A stretch of DNA of 54,833 nt, from positions 1-54,833 of IMG/VR virus record IMGVR_UViG_3300020042_001691; one strand, 5' to 3'. The notes under the pieces were generated by a model. It ran no database searches, was not told where the DNA came from, and saw only the letters and a program-made list of their open reading frames with translations. Made by a program: the position numbers and the translations under genes. Numbering within the stretch: position 1 is the stretch's first letter; each line of letters starts with the position of its first letter. This stretch comes from a virus. Taxonomy: Duplodnaviria > Caudoviricetes. Below, piece after piece: positions 8,247 through 17,974 of the stretch.

Positions 8247-8428
8247 ACACTGAAGAGGAAAAGGACAAAGAAATAGATAGGCTTCGTAAAGCTTTGTACT
8301 ACGAAGCAAACAGATTTCAGCGGATCGGGACTCATGCGCCCGACTGTTGGAAGTGGGGTCCGCAACACTACGAATGTGCGTTGCGGCATATTAAAGAGCA
8401 AACTGAAAATTGGAGTAATCATGACTAA
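8243..8428 (+). CDS. Hypothetical protein (61 aa)
   Basis: AAGGAG RBS, ATGA overlap. Confidence 0.65.
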   Translation: MNTEEEKDKEIDRLRKALYYEANRFQRIGTHAPDCWKWGPQHYECALRHIKEQTENWSNHD

Positions 8429-8672
8429 GGAATTTCCATTCAACGGGCTGATGGCTGGCGATGTTCAAGTCGGCGGCAATCACTATACAGAGATGCCTAT
8501 TCAGCCGTGGGAACTGATGGAGGAAGTTCTTAGCCATGAGGAGTTTGTTGGATTCCTCAAGGGTAACGTGATTAAGTACTCCCTTCGCGCGGGTCGCAAG
8601 GAGGGGTCTGATGACGTTGCTAAAGCGAAGCACTACCTTAAGAAACTGCAAGAGGTCCGGGGAGCCTACTGA
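8421..8672 (+). CDS. DUF3310 (SaV-like, T7 gp1.7-related) protein
   Basis: QVGGNHY...IQPW...GFLKGNVIKY..RAGRK...DVAKAKHYL signature. Confidence 0.85.
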   Translation: MTKEFPFNGLMAGDVQVGGNHYTEMPIQPWELMEEVLSHEEFVGFLKGNVIKYSLRAGRKEGSDDVAKAKHYLKKLQEVRGAY

Positions 8673-10540
8673 TGGATTTCATTACGCTGGACTTCGAGAC
8701 TTACTACGACAAGACGTTCTCTTTGAGTCGTCTCACCACAGAGGAATATATTAGGCACGAGCAGTTTCAAGTCATCGGGTTCAGCGTAAAGGTGAACAAT
8801 GGTCCCTCGATTTGGTACTCAGGGGACCATGAAGTCTTAAGTAGCCACCTCAAGCGGTACAACTGGCGCAATGCCACACTGCTTGCTCACAACACAATGT
8901 TCGACGGGGCGATCTTGGACTGGGTGTTCAAGATCAAACCTAAGTTCTTTGCGGATACGTTATGCATGGCACGGGCGATTCACGGCGTAGATGCTGGTGG
9001 GTCGCTCGCTGCCCTTGCCGAACGCTACAAGATTGGCGAGAAGGGAACTGAGGTTGTCGCTGCTCTTGGCAAACGTAGGGAAGATTTTTCCCACGAAGAA
9101 TTGGATAAGTACGGAGCGTACTGTTCCAATGACGTAGAGTTAACTTATACGTTGTACAACATATTGGGTAAGGGTTTTCCCCACATAGAGTTAGGTCTTA
9201 TTGATCAAACCATGCGTATGTTTATCCGTCCAGAACTGTATGTGGACGAGCAAGTTCTTTTAGAGCGTAAGTTAGACATCATCAAGGAGCGCAAGGAACT
9301 TCTGAGCGGACTGCGCGAGAAGTTGAACTGCGAGACCGACGAAGCTGTAGCCACCAAACTATCCAGCAACAAACAATTTGCAGAACTGTTAGTATCTTTT
9401 GGTATAAACGTACCCACTAAAATCAGCCCTACCACGGGCAAGTCTGCAACTGCCCTTGCCAAAAAGGACGAGGGGTTCCTCACCCTGTGCGAACACGAAG
9501 ATGTGTTCATCCAAAACCTGTGCGCTGCTAGGCTGGGCGTAAAGTCCACTCTAGAAGAAAAGCGTGTGCAGCGGTTCATCGACATTGGGCAGCGCAACAA
9601 AGAGCGCATACCTATCCCGCTCAAATACTATGGCGCACACACCGGAAGGTGGGCAGGTTCCGATAAGGTTAACTTTCAGAATCTTCCTAGCCGCGACGTA
9701 AAGAAGAAGGCTCTGAAGAACGCCATCATTGCGCCAGAGCATCATCTAGTCGTCAACTGTGACTCGGCGCAAATCGAGGCGCGGGTGCTTGCGTGGTTGG
9801 CAGGACAGGACGATGTGGTGAAGATGTTTGCTGATAAGCAAGACGTATACAGGGCCATGTCGTCAAAGATCTATTCATGCAAGCCTGAAGACGTAACTAA
9901 GGAGCAGCGGTTCGTGGGTAAGACCGTGGTTCTCGGATGCGGTTACGGCACGGGCGGCGTCAAGCTGCAATCTACATTGGCTACCTCAACGCCACCGATG
10001 GTGTTGGATGAGGAAGAGGCCAAGCGGATTGTCGATGTGTATAGGTCAACAAACCATAAGATTAAAGATCTATGGAGTCACGGTGACGATCTCTTAGATG
10101 CCCTGATTCAGAAGCAGTTTGGCGGTAGGGAACTTCAGTTTGGGGCACACGGGTGCGTGTGGTACGGAGACGAGGGTGTCTCTTTGCCAAATGGTCTGCA
10201 TATCCGATACCTAGATATCCACAAAGCTACTATAGACAAACGTGAAAAGACCGTATACAAATCACGTAAGGGTCCAGTGAGCATCTGGGGCGGTACGGTG
10301 GTTGAGAACGTGGTGCAAGCTCTCGCCCGATGCATCGTGGGTGAACAACTCATGGAAATCAGCAAGCACTACAAGGTCGCGCTCACCGTGCATGACTCGG
10401 TGGTGTGCGTGGTTCCAGAAGCAGAGATCAATGAGGCGCTAGATAGGATCACTGGTATCATGTCAGTCGCCCCGCGCTGGGCTCCGGGCCTTCCCATCTC
10501 ATGCGAGGCCACCTACGGTAAGAGTTATGGAGACTGCTAA
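8672..10540 (+). CDS. polA: DNA polymerase family A with 3'-5' exonuclease
   Basis: Exo I LDFET, Exo II AHNTMFD, Exo III YCSND; HTGRWAG..NFQNLP; motif A DSAQIEAR; motif B RFVGKTVVLGCGYG; motif C TVHDS. Confidence 0.96.
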   Translation: MDFITLDFETYYDKTFSLSRLTTEEYIRHEQFQVIGFSVKVNNGPSIWYSGDHEVLSSHLKRYNWRNATLLAHNTMFDGAILDWVFKIKPKFFADTLCMARAIHGVDAGGSLAALAERYKIGEKGTEVVAALGKRREDFSHEELDKYGAYCSNDVELTYTLYNILGKGFPHIELGLIDQTMRMFIRPELYVDEQVLLERKLDIIKERKELLSGLREKLNCETDEAVATKLSSNKQFAELLVSFGINVPTKISPTTGKSATALAKKDEGFLTLCEHEDVFIQNLCAARLGVKSTLEEKRVQRFIDIGQRNKERIPIPLKYYGAHTGRWAGSDKVNFQNLPSRDVKKKALKNAIIAPEHHLVVNCDSAQIEARVLAWLAGQDDVVKMFADKQDVYRAMSSKIYSCKPEDVTKEQRFVGKTVVLGCGYGTGGVKLQSTLATSTPPMVLDEEEAKRIVDVYRSTNHKIKDLWSHGDDLLDALIQKQFGGRELQFGAHGCVWYGDEGVSLPNGLHIRYLDIHKATIDKREKTVYKSRKGPVSIWGGTVVENVVQALARCIVGEQLMEISKHYKVALTVHDSVVCVVPEAEINEALDRITGIMSVAPRWAPGLPISCEATYGKSYGDC

Positions 10541-11205
10541 TGGAAGTATCCGAGATCAAGTGGTCTTACTCCGGGCTGAAAGACTATCAAAATTGCCCCA
10601 AACAATACCAAGAAGTCAAGGTATTGAAACGCTACGAGAAGCGTCCTACGAAACAGATGCTGTACGGAACAGAGGTTCATACCGCACTGGAGGATTACGT
10701 AAAGGACGGCACTCCACTTGCCAAGAACTACGAACGGTTCAAGGATCTGGTTGACCCCCTTGCGGAGATGGAAGGGATTAAGTATCCTGAACACCGCATG
10801 GCGATCACTTATGACCGAGCGCCCTGTACGTTTGGTGCGAAAGACTACTGGGTGCGTGGCATTGCCGACTTGCTGGTGGTGAACGGGGACTTCGCGTTCA
10901 TCGTTGACTACAAAACGGGAAGCAATAAATACCCAGATCCAAAGCAGTTGCAGTTGATGGCGCTCATGGTCTTTGAACACTTCCCTGAAGTGAACAACAT
11001 CAAAGCAGGGCTGCTGTTTGTCATGCACAACCACTTTGTCGCTTCGGACTATTGCCGCGAGGACAAAGAAAAGCTCTGGGATGACTTTCAACCGACGCTC
11101 GAAAGACTGAGTACATCGTTTAAGAACGATGTATGGCAAGCCAATCCCACCCCGCTATGCGGCTGGTGTCCCGTCCAAACCTGTGAGTTCTATAAAGTAA
11201 AATGA
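10540..11205 (+). CDS. Cas4/RecB-like PD-(D/E)XK exonuclease with Fe-S-type cysteines
   Basis: WSYS..CP, GTEVH, RGIAD, IVDYKTG, QLQL and C-terminal CGWCP...C. Confidence 0.88.
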   Translation: MEVSEIKWSYSGLKDYQNCPKQYQEVKVLKRYEKRPTKQMLYGTEVHTALEDYVKDGTPLAKNYERFKDLVDPLAEMEGIKYPEHRMAITYDRAPCTFGAKDYWVRGIADLLVVNGDFAFIVDYKTGSNKYPDPKQLQLMALMVFEHFPEVNNIKAGLLFVMHNHFVASDYCREDKEKLWDDFQPTLERLSTSFKNDVWQANPTPLCGWCPVQTCEFYKVK

Positions 11206-11390
11206 TTGAAGACACTGTCATAGATTACGCTTACCCGTGCATGATGGCTGAGAAAGCCGTCAAGAACATACACGACGCTGCCCTGCACAACAGGATGGAC
11301 GAAGCCATTGAATCAGCAACCATCGCAATCACAGAATTGCGTTTGGCGCTCGCTGCGCTTAAGATTATGAAAGAAGAACATCGGGGTTGA
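11202..11390 (+). CDS. Hypothetical protein (62 aa)
   Basis: ATGA overlap with the nuclease gene. Confidence 0.7.
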   Translation: MIEDTVIDYAYPCMMAEKAVKNIHDAALHNRMDEAIESATIAITELRLALAALKIMKEEHRG

Positions 11391-11530
11391 GGGTGCTTAA
11401 TCGAGATCGACTACAAGCCTAGTAGATGCGAATAGTCTTTCTTGAGGATTCAGTCCTCTAACCCCGACTGATCTAGTGCTGAATCCTCGCTCCACACCTT
11501 GAGGGCGGCAAGGAATCTACTTACCGCCCA
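11381..11530 (+). ncRNA. Candidate structured (pseudoknotted) non-coding RNA
   Basis: Five complementary segment pairs within 150 nt, including a perfect 10-bp helix (11444-53/11479-88), a ~13-bp helix (11381-93/11454-67) and a 7-bp loop-loop match (11421-27/11515-21). Confidence 0.6.
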
Positions 11531-11550
11531 CCCCCCATCTAGGAAATACC

Positions 11551-11811
11551 ATGCCATACAAAAATCCCAAAGACAGACCTTATAAAGAAGAATATAAAAA
11601 ACAGGTAGCCCGTGGTGAACTGCCTGACCGCATGGAGCGGCAACGCGCTAGACGCGCTGTGGACGCCAAGGGCATCGACAGGACGGGCATGGATGTGTCG
11701 CACAACAAGGCGCTTGCCAAGGGCGGCAGCAACAAAGACGGCTACAAGCTGGAGTCACCGAGTGCCAATCGCAGTCGGAACTTACACAAAAAAGGTGAGA
11801 AAAAGGGTTGA
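11551..11811 (+). CDS. Small HNH-like endonuclease (86 aa)
   Basis: Basic N-terminal helix, then DVSH..ALAKGGSN....L.SPSANRSRN, a beta-beta-alpha-Me-like pattern; AGGA RBS. Confidence 0.65.
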   Translation: MPYKNPKDRPYKEEYKKQVARGELPDRMERQRARRAVDAKGIDRTGMDVSHNKALAKGGSNKDGYKLESPSANRSRNLHKKGEKKG

Positions 11812-11836
11812 CACCCTTACGCCCCGTGCGTACACT
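11808..11836 (+). promoter_or_regulatory. sigma70-type promoter upstream of the helicase
   Basis: TTGACA (11808-13), 17 bp spacer, TACACT (11831-36). Confidence 0.7.
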
Positions 11837-11877
11837 TACGTCAAGATGGGCATATAGCCCAAGTTAAAAGGCAGTCA

Positions 11878-13455
11878 ATGACAGTAGAAGTAGTGCAAGA
11901 CCAAGCGGTCAGGCTTGTGTGTTCTCATGAGTTCGCTCAAGCCGTTAAACAATGCATCCCCAAGAGCGAAATACTTGGCGCTAGAGGCAGCGACTCCGAG
12001 TTGCTGATCTACTGGGGACTGCGCGAGATGCAGACACTGTCTAGCCTCGCCCCAAACATAAAGATTCCCTCCCCTATTGCCAGAGACTACAACTGGCCGG
12101 GAATGTTCACGCCGTTCGATCACCAACGAGACACCTCTAGGTTCTTGTCTCTGCATCAACGTGCGTTCTGCTTCAACGAGGCAGGGACAGGCAAGACTTC
12201 CGCCGCTATCTGGGCTGCGGACTATCTAATGAATCAGGGCTTGGTGAAGCGCTGTTTAGTCATCTGTCCGATGTCCATCATGCAAACAGCATGGCAAGCT
12301 GACCTTTTTAAGATAGCGATGCACCGAACGAGCGCAATCGCGCATGGCTCACTGGTCAAACGCCAGAAGGTCATTAACGGCAGCTACGACTTCGTGATCA
12401 TCAACTTCGATGGTGTCGGTGTTGTTGAGCAGGACATCCTGAAGAATGAGTTTGACCTCATCATCGTAGACGAGTGCAACGCCTACAAGAACCCTACGAC
12501 AAAGCGTTGGAAGATCCTATCGAAGATCATCCGTGCCGATACGTATGTGTGGATGATGACCGGGACTCCCGCAGCGCAGTCCCCGATGGATGCATACGGA
12601 TTGGCAAGGATCATTCGCCCGGAGGGTGTGCCCCGCAGGATGTCTTCATGGCAAGAGAAGGTCATGCAGCAGTATTCCAGATTTGTCTGGAAGCCGAAGC
12701 CCGATGCGCGTAAGACAGTCTTTGAAGCACTTCAGCCAGCGATCCGCTACGAGAAAGCCGACTGCCTAGATCTTCCTGAGGTCATGTACCAGACTAGGGT
12801 AATCCCTCTTACAGCTTCAGTCGATAGGTACTATAAAGAGCTTAAGAAAGAAATGCTGATCGAGGCGGCTGGTGAGACGATCACCACAGTCAACGCAGCG
12901 GCAGCGTTAAGCAAACTATTGCAGATATCTGGAGGGGCGGTCTACACGAGCAGCAAGAACGTCATCGAGTTCGATGTGTCGCCCCGCCTCAATGTTCTTA
13001 AAGAAGTAATTGAAGAAACAAGTCACAAAGTTCTTGTTTTTGTGCCCTATACGCACACGATTACGGTTATAGTTGAGTTTCTGAAGAAAGAGGGCATTGC
13101 CAACGCAGTGATCTCGGGGGATGTCTCCGCGAACAACCGCACAGCGATCTTCAACTCTTTCCAAAGAGACAACGATCTGAAAGTCCTAGTGATTCAGCCA
13201 CAAGCTGCATCACATGGTGTGACTCTGACAGCCGCTGATACGGTGGTGTTCTGGTCACCTGTGATGTCCGTAGAGACATACTTGCAATGTATCGCACGTA
13301 TAGATCGAGTCGGGCAAGTGAATAAAATGACAGTTATCCACCTCCAAGGGTCTGATGTAGAGCAACGGATGTACGCGATGCTGCAAGGCAAAGTAGATAC
13401 ACACGAAAAGCTAGTTGACCTTTATCGACAAGAAATGGAATTTCAAAATGAGTAA
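11878..13455 (+). CDS. SNF2-like superfamily II helicase
   Basis: Q motif PFDHQ, Walker A EAGTGKT, DECN, motif III MTGTP, HGVTL, motif VI QCIARIDRVGQ. Confidence 0.92.
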   Translation: MTVEVVQDQAVRLVCSHEFAQAVKQCIPKSEILGARGSDSELLIYWGLREMQTLSSLAPNIKIPSPIARDYNWPGMFTPFDHQRDTSRFLSLHQRAFCFNEAGTGKTSAAIWAADYLMNQGLVKRCLVICPMSIMQTAWQADLFKIAMHRTSAIAHGSLVKRQKVINGSYDFVIINFDGVGVVEQDILKNEFDLIIVDECNAYKNPTTKRWKILSKIIRADTYVWMMTGTPAAQSPMDAYGLARIIRPEGVPRRMSSWQEKVMQQYSRFVWKPKPDARKTVFEALQPAIRYEKADCLDLPEVMYQTRVIPLTASVDRYYKELKKEMLIEAAGETITTVNAAAALSKLLQISGGAVYTSSKNVIEFDVSPRLNVLKEVIEETSHKVLVFVPYTHTITVIVEFLKKEGIANAVISGDVSANNRTAIFNSFQRDNDLKVLVIQPQAASHGVTLTAADTVVFWSPVMSVETYLQCIARIDRVGQVNKMTVIHLQGSDVEQRMYAMLQGKVDTHEKLVDLYRQEMEFQNE

Positions 13456-13855
13456 CGCAGAAGATCTAGTTAAAACCTACCTGATGATCCGCAACGAGCG
13501 TGACGCACAGCGTAGTAAGTACGAGTCCACAGACGCAGAACTGAAAGCACAGCTTGAAGTCATTGAACAAGCCTTGCTCTCTTTGTGTAATGAGATCAAC
13601 ACCAACGGATTGAAGACCACTTTCGGCACAGTCACTCGCTCAGTGAAAGAGCGTTTCTTCTGCACCGACTGGGACAACTTCAAGAAGTTCCTAGCCGAAG
13701 TGGATGGATTCGATCTGTTGGAGCGCCGTATCCATCAGCGCAATTTCAAAGAATTCGTAGCCGAGCGCCAGAATGACGGTTTGCCGCCCGGAGTGAATGT
13801 ACTGCGAGAGTTTGACATCGTGGTACGTAAGTCTTCTACCCCCGTCGAAGTCTAA
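13448..13855 (+). CDS. Conserved phage replication-module protein (coiled-coil N-terminus, 135 aa)
   Basis: ATG at 13448 overlaps the helicase end; KTTFGTV...DWDNF...LLERRI...LPPGV pattern. Confidence 0.7.
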   Translation: MSNAEDLVKTYLMIRNERDAQRSKYESTDAELKAQLEVIEQALLSLCNEINTNGLKTTFGTVTRSVKERFFCTDWDNFKKFLAEVDGFDLLERRIHQRNFKEFVAERQNDGLPPGVNVLREFDIVVRKSSTPVEV

Positions 13856-13870
13856 TTAGTAAGGAAACAT

Positions 13871-14704
13871 ATGAGTAACGAACTCGCAAATATCATTCAA
13901 GGTCTTCCCTCCATCGTTGAGACGGGTCTGGACGCCGACACTCTTGCAGTTGCTGGTGGTGCTGGCGGTAGTAAGCGTATCAGCATCAAGGGTCGGGTCT
14001 TCCGTAAGATCGTCTCTGGCAAGGAGCAGTCCGTCAACACGGAAAACTCTATGAACGTGGTCTTTGTGAAGCTGGCACACGATGCTTCACGCACGTTCTA
14101 TGCATCTACTTGGAAAGAGGGGACGAAAACTTCTCCGGTTTGCTGGTCGGGTGATTCCAAGACGCCTAGCCCAGAGGTAGAATCGCCAGCCGCTTCAAAC
14201 TGCGCTGAGTGCCCGAACTCTGTGAAGGGTTCCGGTCAGGGCGGCATGGGTACTGCCTGTAAGCTGTCATGGCGCACGGCTGTGGTTCTCGCCAACGATC
14301 CTGAGGGAGATGTCTATCAGCTTGTTCTGCCAGCAACCAGCACGTTTGGCAAGGAAGAGAATGGGCGTTGGCCTTTCCGACCTTACGTGCAGATGCTTGC
14401 TGCAAACAACGTAAGCGCGGGTAGTATCGTGACTAAGATGCAGTTTGACATTAACTCGCCCGTGCCGCGTCTGCTGTTTTCGCCAGTAGAAGCGGTGCGT
14501 CCAGAACTGCGTGAGGCTGTAAAACGGCAAGGCAAAACCCCTGCTGCTGAAAACGCAATCAAACTCACAGTCTTCAAGGCTGATGAGGGAGAGGAGGGGG
14601 ATGCCCCACCTGTTCGCCGTGAAGCCGCACGACCAGCCGAAACACAGGCTGTGTCCGACACTTCTGAAGTTATCAAAAAATGGGCTAAACCCGGAAAGAA
14701 CTAA
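13871..14704 (+). CDS. Probable ssDNA-binding/annealing protein with Cys cluster
   Basis: AAGGAA RBS; located between helicase and primase; CWS..CAEC..AC cysteines; flexible acidic C-terminal region; function is inference. Confidence 0.55.
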   Translation: MSNELANIIQGLPSIVETGLDADTLAVAGGAGGSKRISIKGRVFRKIVSGKEQSVNTENSMNVVFVKLAHDASRTFYASTWKEGTKTSPVCWSGDSKTPSPEVESPAASNCAECPNSVKGSGQGGMGTACKLSWRTAVVLANDPEGDVYQLVLPATSTFGKEENGRWPFRPYVQMLAANNVSAGSIVTKMQFDINSPVPRLLFSPVEAVRPELREAVKRQGKTPAAENAIKLTVFKADEGEEGDAPPVRREAARPAETQAVSDTSEVIKKWAKPGKN

Positions 14705-14705
14705 A

Positions 14706-15077
14706 ATGACCCGACGCTTTAATAAAGATCGCGCTGCTGTATTGCTGGCGTACACGGGGGACGACATCGGTTTGCGCTTCGGCGCTGCCGTGATTAAGTG
14801 CAACCTGCCATTGGCCTACGTCGCTGAACTGTTCAGCCTCACCCGCAACACCCTTGATTCGTGGTTTGCTGGTAAGCCCGTGCGTGAGAAGTACCACGTT
14901 ACCATGCTTAAGTATATTGACCGATTCAATGCTGACTACGAGGCCGCAAAGCTTCCGTGCAGGACGCTGAAGAAGTCTCGGCATTACATCGAAGAGTTGA
15001 AGATGGAGATTTACGGACGCCCTCCTGAGATTGTAGAGCCTCAGGCGGTAGAAGAAGCAGTAACCGAAGAGCAGTAA
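14706..15077 (+). CDS. XRE-like helix-turn-helix protein (123 aa)
   Basis: LPLAYVAELFSLTRNTLDSWFAG HTH pattern. Confidence 0.65.
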   Translation: MTRRFNKDRAAVLLAYTGDDIGLRFGAAVIKCNLPLAYVAELFSLTRNTLDSWFAGKPVREKYHVTMLKYIDRFNADYEAAKLPCRTLKKSRHYIEELKMEIYGRPPEIVEPQAVEEAVTEEQ

Positions 15078-15096
15078 CCTGCTCATCTTGTGGTCT

Positions 15097-15124
15097 AAAA
15101 GGCGGGGGCGACCCCGCCTTTGTT
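15097..15124 (+). terminator. Intrinsic terminator, possibly bidirectional
   Basis: AAAAGGCGGGG-GCGA-CCCCGCCTTTGTT. Confidence 0.8.
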
Positions 15125-15136
15125 GTCTCTGCACCT

Positions 15137-17974
15137 ATGAATGAACTATTCTTTCAAAAAATCCTGCCTAGTCAGGGGGTTCTGTGTGTAGCCTCGATAA
15201 ACAAAGACGGAACCATAGTCCCGAAGTTCCCGGAAACTGTCGATGAGCTACTAGCTCACGTAGAGAGCTTTCTTAGCAAAGAAGTTAATATCTATTTCAC
15301 ACCGGGATCTTACGAGGGATCTCGGCGCAAGCAGTCCGACTGCGTTGCGATGAAGTGTTTCTTCCTCGACCTAGATTTCATGCATGGGAAGAACGCCTAC
15401 CCAAGCAAAGAGGCAGCGATTGAAGATGTCTACCGCTTTTGCGAAGACATCAGTTGGCCCCTTCCTACGCTTATAGATTCTGGCGGTGGGGTACATGCCT
15501 ATTGGATCTTTGAAGAAGACGTACCCAGCGATGTGTGGGATGTCTATGCAAAGCAGTTCAAGGACTTATGCCTTGACCGCCATCTGATCATTGATGAGTG
15601 CGTACCCGCAGACTCTGCGCGGCTCATGCGTGTTCCGGGATCTATCAATTACAGATACAACCCTCCTGCTCCAGCAGTCCTTCTCACAGAGGTCTTCACA
15701 TACGCTTTTGAAACGCTGATCGAAGTATTCGGCAGCACACCACTTGAGCCATCTATTGACCTCAAGAACATCTTTGACTCTGCTGAGAAGGGCATTGATG
15801 AGGCATCACAAAAGATATGGGACGAGCAGCGCAAGAACTTTGAGTTCGACTTCTACGACATCGTAGAGAAGAGCCTTGACGGTACAGGCTGCAAGCAGAT
15901 CGCTGAGGCTGTCACCGAAGCCGCTACCCTACCCGAGCCCCAGTGGTATGCAGCCATGTCTGTCGCCGTCCGGTGCAAGGATGGCATGGAGGCGGTACAT
16001 AAGCTGTCAGAGGATTACCCCAAGTACAACGCTGCCGACACTGAGCGCAAAGCAAACCAGTCCTTAGAGAACGCAGGATGGGCGCATAGCTGCGATGCGT
16101 TTGAATCTATTAACCCAGCGGGGTGCAGGGGATGCCCCCATAAAGGGAAATTAGGGAAGCTTGGCCCGATTAGTTTAGGAAAAACCCTAAGGATCGCAAG
16201 CGCGAGTGAGGCGGTAGTCGAGGTAGCAGACCCTAAAGATATTCTGTTTCCAGAGTATATGTGGCCCTACGCCCGTGGGCAGAACGGCGGTATCTACTTC
16301 ACTCCTCCTGCTAGGCATACGAAAGACGGTAAGAAAGTTCAGGACGATGCAGAGCAACTACTGCTCCACGATCTATTCCCAACGCAGCGTGTGTACAGCC
16401 CTATGGATGGTGAGTGCATGATGATGCGCCTGATTCTACCGAGGGACGGTCAGCGGAACTTCATCCTCCCGCTCAAAGAGATCACAGCACAGGACAAACT
16501 GAAGTCGGTGCTGGCGCACAACGGGGTAGTGTTTGAACCCATGAAGATCGCCCGAATAACTTCATATCTGATGAAGTGGTCTGGGTATTTTATCAATGTA
16601 GAAAGGGCCGAAACCATGCACATGCAGCAAGGGTGGACCGAGGATTTCAAAGGATTTATTCTTGGCTCAACCCTATACGAGAGGGGCGGCGAAAGGCCAT
16701 CGCCTCAGTCACCTTGGGCGCGGAACATCATCAAGAACATGAAGAGGGAAGGTTCGTATGATCGGTGGAAGAAGTCAGCACAAGACCTTAATCGTCCCCA
16801 CTTCGAGAAACACGCCATCGTACTCCTCAGCGGCTTTGCCTCTATCCTCATGCCCTTCACGGCAGTCAACGGGATAACCGTCTCTGCGCTTGGGCAGACT
16901 GGATCGGCAAAGACAGGATCAATGTACGGGGCATTGAGCATCTGGGGGGAGCCAAAGTCTTTGACATTGGGTACGTATACCCACAATGCGCTCATTCAGC
17001 GCATGATCGGCTCGAAGAACCTACCCTTCGGGATGGATGAGCAGACGAACTGCTCGAATAAAGACGCCTCCGATATCGTCTACTCTACCTCTGCTGGTAA
17101 ACCAAAACTACGGATGCAGTCCTCTACCAACTCTGAGCGCACTCAGGAGTACATGTCTAGCTTGATTAGCATTATCACGACCAACCAATCGTGGCGTGAA
17201 AAGATCGCAGCGTACAAGTCAGACTCCTCCGCTGAAGAGATGCGGCTGCTGGAGATGACCTTCCCTGTGCTGCCAGAACTCAATCAGAAGCTGGGCACGG
17301 AAATCTTTGACGCCTTTAATCACCACTACGGTCACGCTGGGCCAATCTTTGTACAGCATCTGCTAGGGCTAGGCGCAGACGACATCAAAGAACTCATCAG
17401 TGTCGAGATGCAAAGAGTCATGGATCGCTTCAATGCAAAAAGCGAATACCGTTTTCTTAACTCTTACGGTGCGCTAATCTATGTGGCAGCGGCGCTCTGC
17501 AAAGAACTTGACATTGTTGACTACGACATGGACCGCATCGGTGGGGTGCTCATTAAAGAACTTAATGCGGTTTCTAACCATAGGGATCAGAACAAGGTAG
17601 ATCCTGAGGCACTGCTAGGCGAGTTCATGGACAACCATCTGCGTGATCATCTGGTGATAAGTGATGGGCGCGTGACTCATGATCCGTATGGCTCACTGCT
17701 GATACGGACTGAAGTAGAGAACGGGCGATGCCTCACCTACGTGTCCACCTCTGCATTGAAAGCATTTTTGGCCGACAAGCAAGCCTCGATCAGCAACTTT
17801 GAGGATACGATGGTCAGGCTTGGAAAGTTGGGTAATCCGTCAAAGATCAAGAAGAAGATGGCAGCGGGATGGAAGGCGGGACTGAGTTCCACCAACATCA
17901 ATGCCTATGTCTTCACAATGGATCCAGACTTCATCAACGAGATCATAAATGAACAACCCCGAGCCGCTGCTTAA
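15137..17974 (+). CDS. Primase (AEP/RepB-like) fused to a Cys-rich domain and a DUF927/helicase-like domain
   Basis: FFLDLD, DSGGGVHAYW, DSARLMRVPGS.NY; C...CRGCPH cluster; degenerate P-loop GQTGSAKT and MDE. Confidence 0.85.
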   Translation: MNELFFQKILPSQGVLCVASINKDGTIVPKFPETVDELLAHVESFLSKEVNIYFTPGSYEGSRRKQSDCVAMKCFFLDLDFMHGKNAYPSKEAAIEDVYRFCEDISWPLPTLIDSGGGVHAYWIFEEDVPSDVWDVYAKQFKDLCLDRHLIIDECVPADSARLMRVPGSINYRYNPPAPAVLLTEVFTYAFETLIEVFGSTPLEPSIDLKNIFDSAEKGIDEASQKIWDEQRKNFEFDFYDIVEKSLDGTGCKQIAEAVTEAATLPEPQWYAAMSVAVRCKDGMEAVHKLSEDYPKYNAADTERKANQSLENAGWAHSCDAFESINPAGCRGCPHKGKLGKLGPISLGKTLRIASASEAVVEVADPKDILFPEYMWPYARGQNGGIYFTPPARHTKDGKKVQDDAEQLLLHDLFPTQRVYSPMDGECMMMRLILPRDGQRNFILPLKEITAQDKLKSVLAHNGVVFEPMKIARITSYLMKWSGYFINVERAETMHMQQGWTEDFKGFILGSTLYERGGERPSPQSPWARNIIKNMKREGSYDRWKKSAQDLNRPHFEKHAIVLLSGFASILMPFTAVNGITVSALGQTGSAKTGSMYGALSIWGEPKSLTLGTYTHNALIQRMIGSKNLPFGMDEQTNCSNKDASDIVYSTSAGKPKLRMQSSTNSERTQEYMSSLISIITTNQSWREKIAAYKSDSSAEEMRLLEMTFPVLPELNQKLGTEIFDAFNHHYGHAGPIFVQHLLGLGADDIKELISVEMQRVMDRFNAKSEYRFLNSYGALIYVAAALCKELDIVDYDMDRIGGVLIKELNAVSNHRDQNKVDPEALLGEFMDNHLRDHLVISDGRVTHDPYGSLLIRTEVENGRCLTYVSTSALKAFLADKQASISNFEDTMVRLGKLGNPSKIKKKMAAGWKAGLSSTNINAYVFTMDPDFINEIINEQPRAAA

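Noticed and set aside
11391-11440. Twister ribozyme (UAA...CUACAAGCC resembles the twister core)
   Set aside because: I could not build the required P2/P4 stems and both pseudoknots; kept only as an unassigned structured RNA
10540-11550. CRISPR-Cas or mini-array associated with the Cas4-like nuclease
   Set aside because: No repeat-spacer array or other cas genes seen; solo Cas4-like exonucleases are common in phage replication modules
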